A DNA stretch of 64,000 nucleotides from Octopus vulgaris (GCA_951406725.2 OX597815.1:35092001-35156000), one strand, 5' to 3'; positions 1 to 13,951 are shown, counted from the stretch's first letter. Notes: generated by a model not told the origin, from the letters alone. Made by a program: numbers and translations.

Positions 1-436
1 GATATTTTCTTTATAAAATCCCCGGGATAAACATGGATCATAACAATTGTCACTTTAGCGAAAATTGCTTTTCTAAAAGCATAGTGTATCACAACTCTAG
101 GTTCAGTGCGCATAAATAAGTTTCAAACACATTTTCTCGGCACGATCCCCCATAAAATTCATCCACTCGTTTGACAAAGTATATCTGGGGCTTTTAATAA
201 TTCTACTAAGTCCACTGGTTCACTACTAAATACACTGGTCCACTTTAAAACACACAAGCCTATACAACAATGAATACTTTCGACGAACCGCGAGATGTGC
301 CTTGCTTTTTCATTTTGTTCAAGGGACTTAAGTTTTGAACTGAAAATCGCAATTATCTAATTTTTTGCATGCTTCAAAGTACTAATTATGTAACATTTTA
401 TCATATAGTGAATTATCCCATTGATATATATATATC

Positions 437-593
437 AAAATTAATCAAACAACATACTAAGTATGTCTACCTGTTGGAAATAACTGACAAATTATTATTT
501 TTAAATTGCCAAAATATTTTGCAGATTTAAATAAGAGTTTTGACAATTATTTCCAACAGGCAGACATATTTTGTATGTTGTTTGATTAATTTT
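437..593. repeat. 55-bp inverted repeat (foldback/MITE-like)
   Basis: 437-491 aaaattaatcaaacaacatac...ggaaataactgacaaa is the reverse complement of 539-593 with about 5 mismatches; 47-nt spacer. Confidence 0.8.
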
Positions 594-744
594 AATCTTT
601 CGGCTATTTAATGCTCTTTTGGTCCTGCGATCGCCTATAATATTGATTCTGTTATCATTTTTAAATTGTTACACTAGATAATAATAGAATCAATGAGGTC
701 ACAAATATTTTCTCGTGAATTATATTTTTTCATCGGAAATTATT

Positions 745-1050
745 TGCACCGTTCCGTGACTCTTCCTCTTTAACTCGTCTTCCTTCAACCTATCTTTTGT
801 TCTACTTCCACTCTTCTTCCCTTTTCTCTTTCTCTTTCCCTTTTTGGCGCCACCAACAAGGCCTAATCGTTGGCGATTTTCTTCCTCCGTCTTCCTTTCT
901 ATTGGACTTTCCTCTGTTTCTGAAGATGAGCGTTGCTCGAAACGTTAAACTATCTTTCTTTCCTTCCCTGAACGTCTGCGAATAATTTACATGTATCACA
1001 TCCTCGCGTTGTTGTTTTTTTGTGTTTGTTCTTCTTTTGGGGGGATTTAC
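745..1050 (+). mobile_element. Short non-coding PLE-derived element with hammerhead motif
   Basis: Similar to 13532-13815 (-) and 18478-18680 (+); shares cgttggcgatttt...cgaaacgt...tcctcgcg; ends at (TA)n. Confidence 0.6.
916..950 (+). ncRNA. Minimal type I hammerhead ribozyme motif
   Basis: gttt-CTGAAGA-t-GAGC(gtt)GCTC-GAAA-CG-T-T-aaac: helix I gttt/aaac, 4-bp helix II, palindromic ACGT helix III. Confidence 0.7.
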
Positions 1051-1077
1051 TATATATATATATATATATATATACAT

Positions 1078-1274
1078 ACAGCACGGATTTTTGTCAGTGA
1101 ACAGGTCGCGGGTTTTAGCGACGAAAATATTCTGACAAATTAAACTTAAATGTTGAAGTGAATCGAACGGCTTTTGTGTGTTTCTTAAATGGCTTACAAA
1201 CACCTTCAACGCTGCAATTGTTTTCGTTTCAGCACACGATCTCAGATCAAATCACTTGCTATGCGAGTACATCT

Positions 1275-1277
<3 letters not shown>
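1078..1277 (+). mobile_element. Short PLE-like element between (TA)n tracts; same family as 15561-15825
   Basis: Near-identical to the 15646-15825 segments (aaatgttgaagtgaatc...cagcacacgatctcagatca...tacatctcc); flanked both sides by (TA)n. Confidence 0.7.
1090..1139 (+). ncRNA. Type I hammerhead fold with G3-C8 swapped core
   Basis: tttgtca-GTGAACA-g-GTCGC(gggtttta)GCGAC-GAAA-ATAT-T-C-tgacaaa: 7-bp helix I, 5-bp helix II, palindromic AATATT helix III. Confidence 0.65.
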
Positions 1278-1338
<61 letters not shown>

Positions 1339-2333
1339 ATTGGTCATTAACTGCAATTTTGATAAAAATTTGAAGAACGGCCACAATAAGCGGGATGTAG
1401 TGGACTAGCCTCTTGAACTAAATAACCGCAGAAAAATGTTTGGTATACACGGAAGCAGTAAGAAAATCTTTAGTAGAGACATGGGTACTGTGGGGTCCGT
1501 AGGAAAACTAATTGAATTGTTTAAACTTATGGAGCTATCACTGTTTCACACTCACGCACACTTACACTCACACACACACACACACACAAATATACACATT
1601 GTATATGTGCATGTGTGTGTGTGTGTGTATCAATCCGTATATACTTAACTTGGATTTACCGTTGAGAAATCATAATTCTGCGATATTGGTCTTTTGAAAG
1701 CATCTCGTATAATTCACGAAGGTATCAGTAACAGATGAAAAATGTCTAGCAGAGAGGTGGAACTGCTATATTCTGTGATTGCCACGAATCTGTGCTCATC
1801 AGTGGCAGATAACCACCATCATTGCGAATATCACATGATCTAGTACAACCACCGATCGGCACAATTTTCCACCTGCTACAGATACTGCTGTGCTTTTTAG
1901 TACAATACATCTATACGAGATGCTTTCTCGGGATTAATGCCGCAGTATTAAGGCATTCTTACAGTATATCAGTGTTAATTATGATATATAGGTTGCTATT
2001 CGCTATTTACGCTGCTTTCAATGGGAATAACCTATACATATGCGCTTGTGTGTGTGTATGTGTGTATGTTGTGTGTATCTGTGTGCACGTGTGTGTGTCT
2101 GCGTTTGTGTATGTGTGTGTGTGTGTATGGGTGTGTGTGTGCTTGTGATGCTTCTGGAAGGATGAAAATTTTTGTGGTCCCTAGTCAATAGCTAATAATT
2201 GGAATATCTCGCTGTTCAAGCCATTTGTTAAATATATATACATGCGCATAAATGTATATCTAAAATGATATCAATATAATATAGTGTTATATATACATGT
2301 ATATATATACATACATACGTTTACACACACGCG

Positions 2334-2384
<51 letters not shown>

Positions 2385-2518
2385 GTAAAGAAATATATGT
2401 GCATCCACTACTATATATTTTATCAATATTGTTTTATCAAAATTAAAAATTCCATCTAAATTTAATTATCTTAAATTTGCCTCAGTGATTTTCTCTTTTT
2501 CTTTCTCTCACTCTCCCA

Positions 2519-2564
<46 letters not shown>

Positions 2565-2719
2565 TTTGTGGATATATGTGTGGACACGCACACACGCGCA
2601 CACAAACACGCACACACTCATAAATAGATATATAAGTATATAAATTCAGAGGGCCCCATTTCCGCTTATTTAATTATATTTAGCTTTTTATCGATTTGCT
2701 TCAACGTACGTTGTGGTAA

Positions 2720-3107
<388 letters not shown>

Positions 3108-3647
3108 TATACAGAGTGTAAATACAATAAGAAAAAAAGGACACCGCAAGAGGAACAAAGAAACAAAGTTTAAACAAATACTGTATTATCTTAGCCAGAC
3201 GACAAACGAATGTAATTAATGAGTAAACACAGTATTTCTAATTTTAATCAATGAAATGATTTAGGAAGGTTTTGTTGCGTTATGAACTCCTAACAAGTGC
3301 AGATGTTCGTGAGTATATATTTTCAAATGAAGAATAAACTAACTCTATAAAATAATTTATTGTCACTACCCCTTGTTTATACGAACAAATCTCATTCCGC
3401 CATCTTTATTCTGTGTACTCTGTACTTATTGTCACATGACAGTCTTGCCTATAATACAATGTTTCGACAAGTCATTGCCTCTCTTCCTTATCTCTTCGTT
3501 TTGTGATTCAACTTTTATAATTTCGCTATCATGTTGTTGTGTCTCAAAGAATCTGTAACACTTGTCACACTAAGTACTTTGTACTTTATGTTGTAAATTC
3601 ACATCATGCACGTTATTTCAACAATGCTTAAACTGATTGGTCTGAAG

Positions 3648-4117
3648 CAATGTTTCTCAGTATTTTTTGTTATACGCCCCTCACCGATTTTCCAATGAAG
3701 ATGCCCCCACCCACCATGAAGAGGTTTAAGTTACTTACTTCACATTCTGAAGTCCCATGCTACTCTACGACTCGATCTCATTAAATCTGGCAGAATATCT
3801 CGTTAGAAACACTAATCTGGTGACAATAGGTTGCATATTAGTTCAATGACTATATTAGCTAATAGTCCCTTTAAAAAAAGTAAACGATAAGGTGGTATTT
3901 GTGAGCGGTTTGCCTGCTATTTCCAGCAGGTGGAACCAATGCGAAAGAAGCTTTCTCATCGGCTTATAGAAGTCATATATTTTAAAACTTGCCTACATAT
4001 TAAGTATATTAGAACGAGCAAAACGCCCGCCCCCACGTCCAATGGACGGTGCTGAGTTGTCAAACATTTAAACCAAATTTTCTCAAAACAACTTGTCCTC
4101 CCCTTTGAGAAACACTG
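3648..4117. mobile_element. Possible old hAT/Charlie-like MITE
   Basis: Terminal inverted repeats caatgtttctca / tgagaaacactg; no clean 8-bp TSD. Confidence 0.35.
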
Positions 4118-4212
4118 ATTTAACCTAAATTTGAGACACCAGCAAAAGAAGAAATAAAGATGGGCTTTTTTTCTATTCCAAAGAAAAACGATTTCTCACG
4201 GCTTTATCGATC

Positions 4213-4379
4213 GCATTCTCACCTGGAATCGATTTCTATAATTTTTTCAAGAGTTATACACGCCCTGATACCGTTGGTATCTACATATCAAATTTGAGCG
4301 CAATCGGATGGAAGATGCCCGAGATCCTATAAGCCACACTCACACACACAGACAGACAGAACGGATTTTATATAAGAGA
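4213..4379 (-). mobile_element. 5' fragment of a non-autonomous Helitron/HINE-like element
   Basis: Minus strand starts a|TCtcttatataaaatccgttctgtctgtctgtgtgtg...ccgattgcgctcaaatttg, same layout as the 5' end of 6168-6550. Confidence 0.5.
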
Positions 4380-5859
4380 TAACGATATTGTCTCTTCTAG
4401 ACATTCCTAAGATCTGCTGTTTCTAGTTCTTTGTTACTAATTATCCTGGTTTTCTTTTTCATTGATACACCTTTATGAATGCATTTTGAAGTCAATTCAA
4501 AATTTTTCTTTAGTTTTTCCCAAATACATCTAGTTTTCGAAACGTAGCAGTTTCAGTTTTTATTAATTTGATCAATAATTAAGGTATACCAAATATTATT
4601 TTATGCACAATTTGCTATTTGTTTGAATCGAAACACATAACATACATAATTAGCGTTAATCTCATTTTTTTATATCACGTGTTTATTTAGATATACATGT
4701 GATTGAAGAATATTATTCAAAATTTTAAATGTTGTGAATTTGTCGTAACGATTTCACATTCAATAATAGTCAGCCATCATGCTTTTCTTCCAAAATCCCT
4801 AGCATCATGCTTCAGTCACATAAATGTCAGATAGAATCGTTTTCCATGTTTATTGCTTTCTTAGGTGAACTCTAAAAGGGAATGTAGGAAGTGGATATTT
4901 AAGAAATGCAACAGTTAATTTCTTTATAAACATCAAGAGATTTTCTATTAAACTTGTACGTGTAAGAGTACTTATTATGGCCCATAAAGTATGTGCATAA
5001 CCATTTAAAAGAATGCCGAGCTTTTAATTATAGTAATTATAGTGCATTGAGTATCTGTTTGAATTCTATAGGTTTTAAAACTTTCCTTCTTTAGGTGTCT
5101 CACAATAATTCCCCTACTCCTTTAACTTTTCCACACTCGCAATTATGAATTTTGTAAAAAAAAAAATACTGAAATCCTCTTGAGCTGACTTAACTTATTG
5201 CTTTAACAAAATTGTTCACTAAACTGAGTTTAACAGGGAGAAGTAGTTCAAATCTCTTCTTGGAATCAACTAAAGGTACAGATTGGACACTGCTTGTATC
5301 TATGATATATGTTGTTCTCAGTAGACATTCACGCTTAATATAGTCTATGGTAGCATGGCTACCACATGGGTTATAAGAAACAACAATATTTTGTAAAACT
5401 TGTTGGCATGCCTTTGGTATAACAACTTTATCTCCACGGAGATTCTATTGGAAAATATTGCGTTGTATAGTATCCGGCAGTATATCCTTTATATTACATC
5501 TATTGTAGGTGCTTGAAATTAGGATTTAGGTCATATGGTATTAGATTAGTGCTGATTATAGCTTTTTTGTGATGAACTAATGAAGAAGTGCCAGCCGAAT
5601 GCTACAAGAGCATAAAAGATGTTTGTGAATAATTCCTTAGATAATGTGAAGTTTTTAGCACCTTCTCGGGTAAACAATCTTGGGTGAATTTTTTTTACAG
5701 ATGTGTATTTAGGATCTGAAAAAGATGTAGCTATTAAACTATTTGCATCATTATCACTAATTATTTCTAAACTAGTCCATCACTTGTGATAAGGGGAATG
5801 AGATCTCCTTTTTTTCTCTTCATTGCAAGTGTCATTGATCATTCCATTTGCTCAACCAA

Positions 5860-6050
5860 TCACTTGAACGAACACAGAAGATTCGATGTGGTGTCCACTG
5901 CTTGCCTTGATCATCTCTGAGATATCCAGCATTCTTTCAAAGTATATCGGGTATTTTTTCAACCATCTATTGCAATAGTTCGCTATTGCGTCTTGTAAAA
6001 GTAGCACAAACATATTTCTGGGTGATTAATACATTCATAACGCATGGTGA
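5860..6050 (-). pseudogene. Possible Chapaev3-like transposase N-terminal remnant
   Basis: Frameshifted minus-strand translation ECINHPEIC..KTQ*RTI..KKYPIYF..DDQGKQWTPH resembles the recalled motif C-x-N-H-P...YF...GDQDK-x-WAPH. Confidence 0.3.
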
Positions 6051-6167
6051 TCAATATACAGCGATCTGAAAGCGGAGTTTGAAGAAATTTAAAATAATAA
6101 TTAGTCTCGTCTCAAATGGAAACTTTTTGTTGACCAGAGCTATTTTTAAATACAGCTGTATATTACA

Positions 6168-6550
6168 TCTCTCTCTATATAAACGGCAGTTTGTCTGTGT
6201 GTGTGTCTGTGTGTCTGTTAGGTTGTACCCTTACCCTGACCACGGCTTTCAACCGATTCTGATGAAACTTGATACACACATAGCCCAATGTCATAATTCA
6301 AAACTAACGCAGCGAAAATTTTGAAAAGTTCCCCCAATTCTGAAAAAAATCGATAAATTCGACATGGGGTCGAGAATCAGAAACACAAACCACAGACTGT
6401 TTAGGGGACGCAACTCGACCTTTTAACTCTCAAAAAAAATTTACCATAATTTTTTTTCCATTTTTTTGCTATGTTTTGGCTATAACTCTCTAAAAATGCT
6501 TTATAGTTATTTCCCTTACAAACCCGAGCAACGCCGGGTGATACTGCTAG
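6168..6550 (+). mobile_element. Non-autonomous Helitron
   Basis: Inserted between A and T; 5' TC; subterminal hairpin acccg-agcaacgc-cgggt (6522-6539); 3' CTAG (6547-6550); no TSD. Confidence 0.8.
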
Positions 6551-7595
6551 TAATGGAATAAAAGATTTACTTAGAAACGTTGTTCCGTACCCGAATCTCC
6601 TTTAAACTTCCTTTCTCAATCCTCACTAACAATTACTGATTCATATACATTAAGACACAAACGCACTCACAAGCACCCACTTACAAGAACTACGATGAAT
6701 TGTAGATACTATATAACAAAACATTGCGGTTTATGCACAGCTGAAAAGTGAGTAGTTCTTAGTGAAAAGGTTAAACAAATGAATGGACTCTTTAAATGTT
6801 TGAACAGAAATCTTAAGCAAATGTCGTCGCTTCGATAAATATTTGCTGAAACATTGTATGATTATCCAATCATCAGTCTGGATGAATTAATATTTAACTA
6901 TTTACCAGGAGCATATATACTACCTCTCTTTCACGAATAGGTTTAGATCCACTTGAAATATTATTTACCTCTAGAATCTATCTTTTATGCTCTCTATCCT
7001 TGCTGTCAATTCACTTATGACATGAGATAATTATGAAAATCATATTACGTTGTAGCAATACCGTTTGTCCTTAACGTATTTTATTGTTATGTATATGAAT
7101 GCATATGCGTGTTTTTATATATGTATTACTTGCATATATCTATATGTATATGTATATATATGTATACACATGCACTTACACACATATCAGTAACAATCTG
7201 ATTTGTCAGCAGCTTACCAATAACATTCTCTTAGTTATGTACATCAATTCTGTTCATAGAGTCGGAGCCCACTTAGCTCTACATCTTAAGTGTCATTCAC
7301 AGAGGATGAAACTCACTGATATAATTGAGAGGCATTTAATCATCACTGCAACGCGTTTTGAGAAACATCCAGCTGTTGTGGTTGTGGTTACTTGATTTAG
7401 TGACAATGAGAGATGATGGAGTTAGCCGGTTAGACGATAGGAGATCGCAGTAAATTGAACGAAGTAGGGATTTCAGATGTACGAAACTTGGAACAAGTAC
7501 TGGAAATTGAATTCAAAGATTCATAAGAGCAGTTATAAATCATTCGCAGAAGATATAGATTATGCTGCTGCTGTTTTTATTGCAGCTACACACAC

Positions 7596-7986
7596 ATGGA
7601 TGGAAGCACTCCGTCGGTTACGACGATGAGGGTTCCGGTTGATCCGAATGAACGGAACAGCCTGCTCGTGAAATTAACGTGTAAGTGGCTGAGCACTCCA
7701 CAGACACGTGTACCCTTAACGTAGTTCTTGGGGATATTCAGCGTGACACAGAGAGTGACAAGGCCGGCCCTTTGAAATACAGGTACAACAGAAACAGGAA
7801 GTAAGAGTGAGAGAAAGTTGTGGTGAAAGAGTACAGCAGGGATCACCACCACCCCCTGCCGGAGCCTTTGTGGAGCTTTAGGTGTTTTCGCTCAATAAAC
7901 ACTCACAACGCCCGGTCTGGGAATCGAAACCGCGATCCTACGACCGCGAGTCCGCTGCCCTAACCACTGGGCCATTGCGCCTCCAC
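7596..7986 (-). mobile_element. tRNA(Arg)-like-headed SINE (family C)
   Basis: Minus-strand head ggaggcgcaatggcccagtggttagggcagcggactcgcgg...gtttcgattccc with A/B boxes; matches 30604-30915. Confidence 0.85.
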
Positions 7987-8024
7987 ACACATATGAATAT
8001 TTCTAACACAGTCACAATCCCTGA

Positions 8025-8200
8025 AATTTTGGGAGAAGAGGTTAGTCGACTACATCGCCCCTAGTAATTTACTGGTAGTTTATTTTATCGATCGAGAAAT
8101 GAAAAGCAAAGTTAACCTCGATAGGATTTGAACTTAGTGTTGGAACAAATACTACAACGCATTTTCCGACACTTCAACGATTCTGCTAATTCACCGTTGC
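8025..8200 (-). mobile_element. Diverged SINE family A
   Basis: Decayed match to the cgaccccgaaaggatgaaaggcaaagtcgacctcg core. Confidence 0.55.
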
Positions 8201-8479
8201 TGTAACTACAAATATAATAGTTGACTGCGGCTGGTCTTTGAGTAAACGTTTGCTGTTGAAAATGTTTGAGCATTATCCATTCACATTTGAGGGAGTGTGA
8301 ATAAGTATGAAATTAACATGTAACCCATTGACAGAGGACACTGCAGAGAAAAGTTTAGTATGTTTAAGAAAGATGTTAATGTAACGCTTTTATTTATATT
8401 TATTTATACTCTGTAAATCCGCAAACACAAAGCAATATTTTTTTTTAAGAACCAGTATTATAACAGTTATTATTGTTTC

Positions 8480-9314
8480 AGAACATCAACCGTGTTGATT
8501 TCATCAAGTGGGAGTGAGGAAGGCCATAATTAGAGCAGCTTCCTCTAGACAAATTGTCATAAAATGGGTACCTCCTGAATTGTCCGAAAGCAACCGCAAA
8601 TCCCGAGATGACATCTGCTCTTCTCTCCATTCTCGCGAACTCCTTTCACCCTTTTTGGATAGACTTGTGACTAGTGACGAAAAATGGATCTTCTATCGAA
8701 ATGTTAAATGTCGTAAACAGTGGCTTGGTAAATGGGAAAAAACTCAACTACAACCGAGAAGGGAACTTCATGGGAAAAAGGTTGTTCTCTCTATCTGGTG
8801 GGATTGCTAAGGAGTAATTCACTTTGAATTGTTACCACCTAATGCAACAATCAATGCTCAAGTCTACTGTCAGCAATTAGACCGTTTGAACTAAGCTTTG
8901 AAGAAAAAAAGACCCACTTTAGTGAATCGAAAAGGAGTGATGTTTCATCAGGGCTATGCGCGACCCCACACCGCAAAGATCACATCACAGAAGATCGAAG
9001 AGCTTGGTTGGGAAAAAATTCCTCATCCACCTTATTCTCCTGACCTTGTTCCTTCAGACTACCATTTGTTTTGTAGTTTACAAAATCATTTGGGGAATAT
9101 AACTTTCGCAAGCCAGAAGGAGGTCGAAACTGACATTTCAGAGTTCTTCTCTTTGAGTTTTACATTGATGGGATTAAAAAGCTTGTAAATAGATGGAAGG
9201 AAGTCATAGATAATCAGGGAAAGTACATTGATGATTAAATTTCAATCAAATATAACATTTGACCACTTGTTTTCTTTATTAAAAATTCGGACAGAACTTA
9301 AGGGATAACATGAT
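8480..9314 (+). pseudogene. Mariner (DD34D) transposase remnant with right terminal repeat
   Basis: Motifs WVPPEL, LVTSDEKWI, HQGYARPH, HPPYSPDLVPSDYHLF; in-frame stops near 8808 and 8892; 3' end cggacagaacttaagggataacatga-TA resembles a mariner TIR. Confidence 0.9.
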
Positions 9315-9366
9315 ACTATTGTAATCGTCCCCCAAAATTTGAGGCCTTATGCTTCCAGTAGAAAGG

Positions 9367-9419
<53 letters not shown>

Positions 9420-9422
<3 letters not shown>

Positions 9423-9650
9423 GGCTAGCAGAATCGTTAACACGCTGGGAAAAATGCTTAGCGGCATTTCATCCGTCTTAATGTTCTGAGTTCAAGTTCC
9501 GCCGAGGTCGACTTTGCCTTTCAAATCTTTCGGGGTCGATAAATCAAATATCAATTCAGTACTGGGGTCGATGTAATCGACTATCCCCCTCCCCTAAAAT
9601 TTGAGGCCGTGTACTTATAGTAGAAAGGACTATTATTATTATTATTATTT
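9420..9650 (+). mobile_element. SINE family A with (TTA)n tail
   Basis: ctagcagaatcgttaacacg...gagttcaag...gccgaggtcgactttgcctttc; tail also present at 9325-9367. Confidence 0.8.
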
Positions 9651-9651
9651 A

Positions 9652-9948
9652 GTAGTTTTATTTTTTATAGCGTGCTTTCACTTCACTACCGAGCGCAGCT
9701 CTGTGTGCCTGGGGTATGTGCTGTGATTTGTTGTGATGCCCTGGTGGTTATTGTATGGAAAGTGTTCTGCGTAGGATGTGTGCAGTGCCTAGTAGTGCAA
9801 TTTTCTGTATGTTATATGTGTTTGTAAGTCCTGGTGTCTTTGTTATGTATTTGTCTGAATATTTTTTTATCATGCCTAATGCACCTACTATGATAGGAAT
9901 TGTTTCTGTTTTTAGATTCCACATTCTGGTTACCTCCATTTCCAGGTC

Positions 9949-9950
<2 letters not shown>
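9652..9950 (-). mobile_element. 3' end of R4/Dong-like RLE non-LTR retrotransposon in a (TAA)n tract
   Basis: KDLEMEVTRMWNLKTETIPIIVGALG...IQKIALLGTAHILRRTL* is typical of the restriction-like endonuclease C-terminus; flanked by TAA repeats. Confidence 0.8.
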
Positions 9951-10008
<58 letters not shown>

Positions 10009-11189
10009 GTGTGTGTGTGTGTGTATGTGTGTGTTTGAAAAATGAAAACGAAGTAAGGTGATTGGAAATGAAGATATGTAGTTGCACCAAGTATAGCTGG
10101 ATTGATAAAACAGAAATATTTTGTTTAATCCATCAATTCTATTCTCGTCTCGATTGAAACGGAAAATTTTTTTTTCCGATAGATTCAAAACTAAAATAGA
10201 ATGACGACCGACCATAAGAGCCCAACTATGTAGGAAGGAAGCTCGCATGTCGCATCATAACCTGTATAAACATTGTCAGATAAAATAAATCAAATGACAT
10301 ACGAATTCAGAAACAAAACGACGAATTTATCCAACGAAATATCAATTTAATTCAATAAAATACATAGTTTGTAGAAATTACGTTTATGCAAATATCAGTT
10401 CGAAAGTTTGATATTAAATATAGAGCATACTTAACAGACAGAAATATTGTGCATGACAGAGCGAACTAAAAAAGAATATAGCAGGGTTTTACATTTTTAT
10501 ATGGAAGAAAAAGCAATTTTAACAAAAAAAAAATGTATTTGGCGGGATTCTGTGCAGAAATATCATGCAATATACAGAGAAAAGTATGTTTTCTTATTTT
10601 AAGAGAGTTGTGTTGCAGTTTTATTTAAAACAGTCGTAACTTTGACTTCTATTTAAAGAGTGTTGTACGGCAGTTGTATTATACACTACTGCCAGAATTT
10701 CGCTAACAAATTTTAAGAGAGTTGAGTAAGTTGCTAGTGAATATTTTAATACAGAACGGTATTGTTGTACGTTGGCCTTGTTCGTTCAGTTACGAGAGAT
10801 GAACAGTATTCTAGTGGTATCTTCGTTGCAACTAGTTCATGTTAGTGTGAAGATCTATATTGGCAGATAGGTATAGGCTCGGAGCCACACCAAGCAGAAA
10901 GGCAGTGAAACACGGTGGGAAATGCAGTTTGACATCTAGTCACAGTATCCATAGCTGACGTCATATGTGCCACTAGCTCCCGTGCTGCTTTCCAGAAGGT
11001 TTGAGACCTTTTTAGGAGAAGCAGTTATAACTATCCTAGATTATTGTAATGTTTGTATATCATTACTATGCATATACTAAACTGATCAGCCAACTTTTCT
11101 TTTATTTCATATTGAAAGGAACGGCTGTGACAGCACTTAGAACACACCCTATTGAATACTATTTGCCATAGCTGACTGGTTTGCAGAAC

Positions 11190-11762
11190 GCAGTCGGGAC
11201 AGAAAGACAATTTAGAACCTTGCTATGCAATAAAGTTTTGTTAAACTGGGCGAGAACGCTACGGAAACTTAGGAAATGTCTCAGACTGCTTATGGATTCG
11301 CTTGTATGAGCCGAGCCTCTGTTTATTCGCTGGTACAAGACATTCAAGGACGGTAGAGAGGAGTTGAGATACGATGAAAGGTGTGGCAGGGAGAGGGACA
11401 GCTGAATATCAGAGCTGGATGACAATAAGCACGCAGTTCGGAGTTGGTGTCGCAATTGTACACAGAATTCTTTATGAAGATCTGAACATATACAAAATTT
11501 GTGCAAAGTTTGTTCCCAGACAACTCAGTAACGAACAGAAAGAAAGTCGCATCTGTGACACCAGGGTTATGGTTGAGCTCATTACTTCTAATTCAATAGT
11601 ATTTGAGTGTCCAGTAACTTGTGACGAAAGTTGGATTTACTCTTATCATTCAGGTACCAAGAGCCAGAATGCCCAATGGAAGTACCCTGGCTCATACGAC
11701 CCAAGAAGGCCAGGAAAATCAAGTTCACCGGGGAGCTCACAATGATAACCTTTTTTCAACAG
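11190..11762 (+). pseudogene. Second mariner transposase remnant (N-terminal half)
   Basis: Frameshifted YAIKF..KLGENATET, WYKTFKDGRE, KICAKFVPRQLSNEQK, VTCDESWIY, RPKKARK..MITFF; truncated by a SINE at about 11768. Confidence 0.85.
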
Positions 11763-11767
11763 CAAGA

Positions 11768-11915
11768 GTATCTATTTCTTTACTACCCACAAGGGGCTAA
11801 ACATAGAGGGGGCAAATAAGGACGGACAAACGGATTTAGTCGATTACATCGACCCCAGTGCGTAACTGGTACTTAATTTATCGACCCCGAAAGGATGAAA
11901 GGCAAAGTCGACCTC
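11768..11915 (-). mobile_element. SINE family A (3' part)
   Basis: tatttctttactacccacaaggggctaaac...ggcaaagtcgacctc. Confidence 0.8.
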
Positions 11916-12405
11916 ATCATCTAAATCCTCTGAGCTCCCTCTGGCCAGCCGGTCAACGAACACTGAGCGGAAGACATGAAATCTATATACCATGGTGTAT
12001 TGCACCGACAGTAATTAAAGAGTTAAATGTAATGCCATGAATCCCAAGATAACGTGTTACCGCTAGATCAATTATCGAGATAAAAAAAATATAATTAGAT
12101 AAACAGAAAAAAGATAAACACGTACACACACATACACACACAACATTTCATTGAAATACTTGAACATGGCAATGTATGTGCCTATATTGACATGTATATG
12201 TTTATTTATGCCTTTATGATTATAATGAAGATATATATATATAAATGCATGCATATTTATACATACATGGAAACATATATATACATACACACATATATAC
12301 GTACGTACATATCACTTAGTACAGATACATACAATAATGCATTAACACCCACGATATATATTTATTTTTGCATATGTGTGTGTGTGTATGTGTGTGTGTA
12401 TGATA

Positions 12406-12445
<40 letters not shown>

Positions 12446-12560
12446 ATCTTCGCATATATATTTTTGGATTTGCATATACTGACATAATAATACAAAAGAT
12501 CTGTGTAATAATATAGTTTTATATATTTGCTTCTATGCATATAAATAAATAAATAAATAA

Positions 12561-12598
<38 letters not shown>

Positions 12599-12920
12599 AA
12601 GTATAAAGATACAGTAATATATGTTTTATTTTGAGCATCTTTTAGTATCTAATTAATTCTTATTAATTCCTTAATTAGCATGTGAATGGTAAAGTAGATT
12701 TTAATTAGTGGCATGTGTTTCCTGGCAAGTACTATGATTGCTATATTTACATTGAAAAAAATGCAATTTTTGATATTCATCGATAACCGATGTTACTCGG
12801 ATGTACATTCATGCGTTCAACCAGAGGCACATTTACTGATAACTAGACATGTACTTGTCTTTATGAATATCAATGAATTTCAAGTATTTCCCATATATTT
12901 TGTTATACATAAATACATAA

Positions 12921-12978
<58 letters not shown>

Positions 12979-13220
12979 ATAAGCATATATATATGCACAT
13001 ACATACATGCATACTACATACATACATATATGTATATAATATATATACATACATAAATATATATATATATATATATATATAACAAGAAGCTGTATTTATT
13101 CAGGCTATAGTTCGTGATACTTTTGGTGTATTAGTAGTGGCAGTAGTAATTTGTAGTAGAAAAATAGTGGTAGTAGCAGCAGCAATAGTAGTAGTAGCAG
13201 CAGTAGTAGTGGTGGTGGTG

Positions 13221-13281
<61 letters not shown>

Positions 13282-13485
13282 AATGATGCTGGTGTTCGTA
13301 AAGTCTTAATTATACTCATAGATATATCATTACTACGATGGTTTAGCAGCTCTTCAGTCTTATAAGGTATTTGCATTTGGTATGTGTGTGTGTATGTGTG
13401 TGTTTGTTTATGCGTATGTTTATGTATATACATATATAAAAACATATATACACATAGCAAAATAACCAGTTATAAAATCTAAAAA

Positions 13486-13531
<46 letters not shown>

Positions 13532-13534
<3 letters not shown>

Positions 13535-13815
13535 GAATTCAAAAAGACACAGAGAAAAAGAAAAAAATAAACGAATGTGTAGACGTGGCACAAGCAATGT
13601 ATTAATAAAACGCACAGAGAATGAAAAGAGTAATAGTTTTACGTTTCGAGCATAGCTCTTCATCGGAAACAGGAAAAACAAGAAAGTCCAAGACGAAGGA
13701 AGAAAAAAAATTCGCTAACAATCACGTGCAGTTACATTTTTGAAGTGACCAAAAGTAGAAGGAATGAAGAGAAACTGCTTTCTGCGAAAGGAGAGTGTGA
13801 AAATGGTCAGTATGT
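13532..13815 (-). mobile_element. PLE-derived element with hammerhead motif (13636-13670)
   Basis: Minus strand gttt-CCGATGA-a-GAGC(tat)GCTC-GAAA-CG-T-A-aaac; abuts (TA)n. Confidence 0.6.
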
Positions 13816-13900
13816 GTGCGTTTGTATGTGTGTATGGTAGCATGTGTGTGTGTATGTGTATATGTGTGTGTGTGCATGTGTTATATGTGTGTGTGGTAGC

Positions 13901-13951
<51 letters not shown>

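Noticed and set aside
4009-4050. Possible Helitron 3' end (CTAA plus cgtcca/tggacg hairpin) on the minus strand
   Set aside because: Would interleave with the putative hAT TIRs; cannot be resolved by eye
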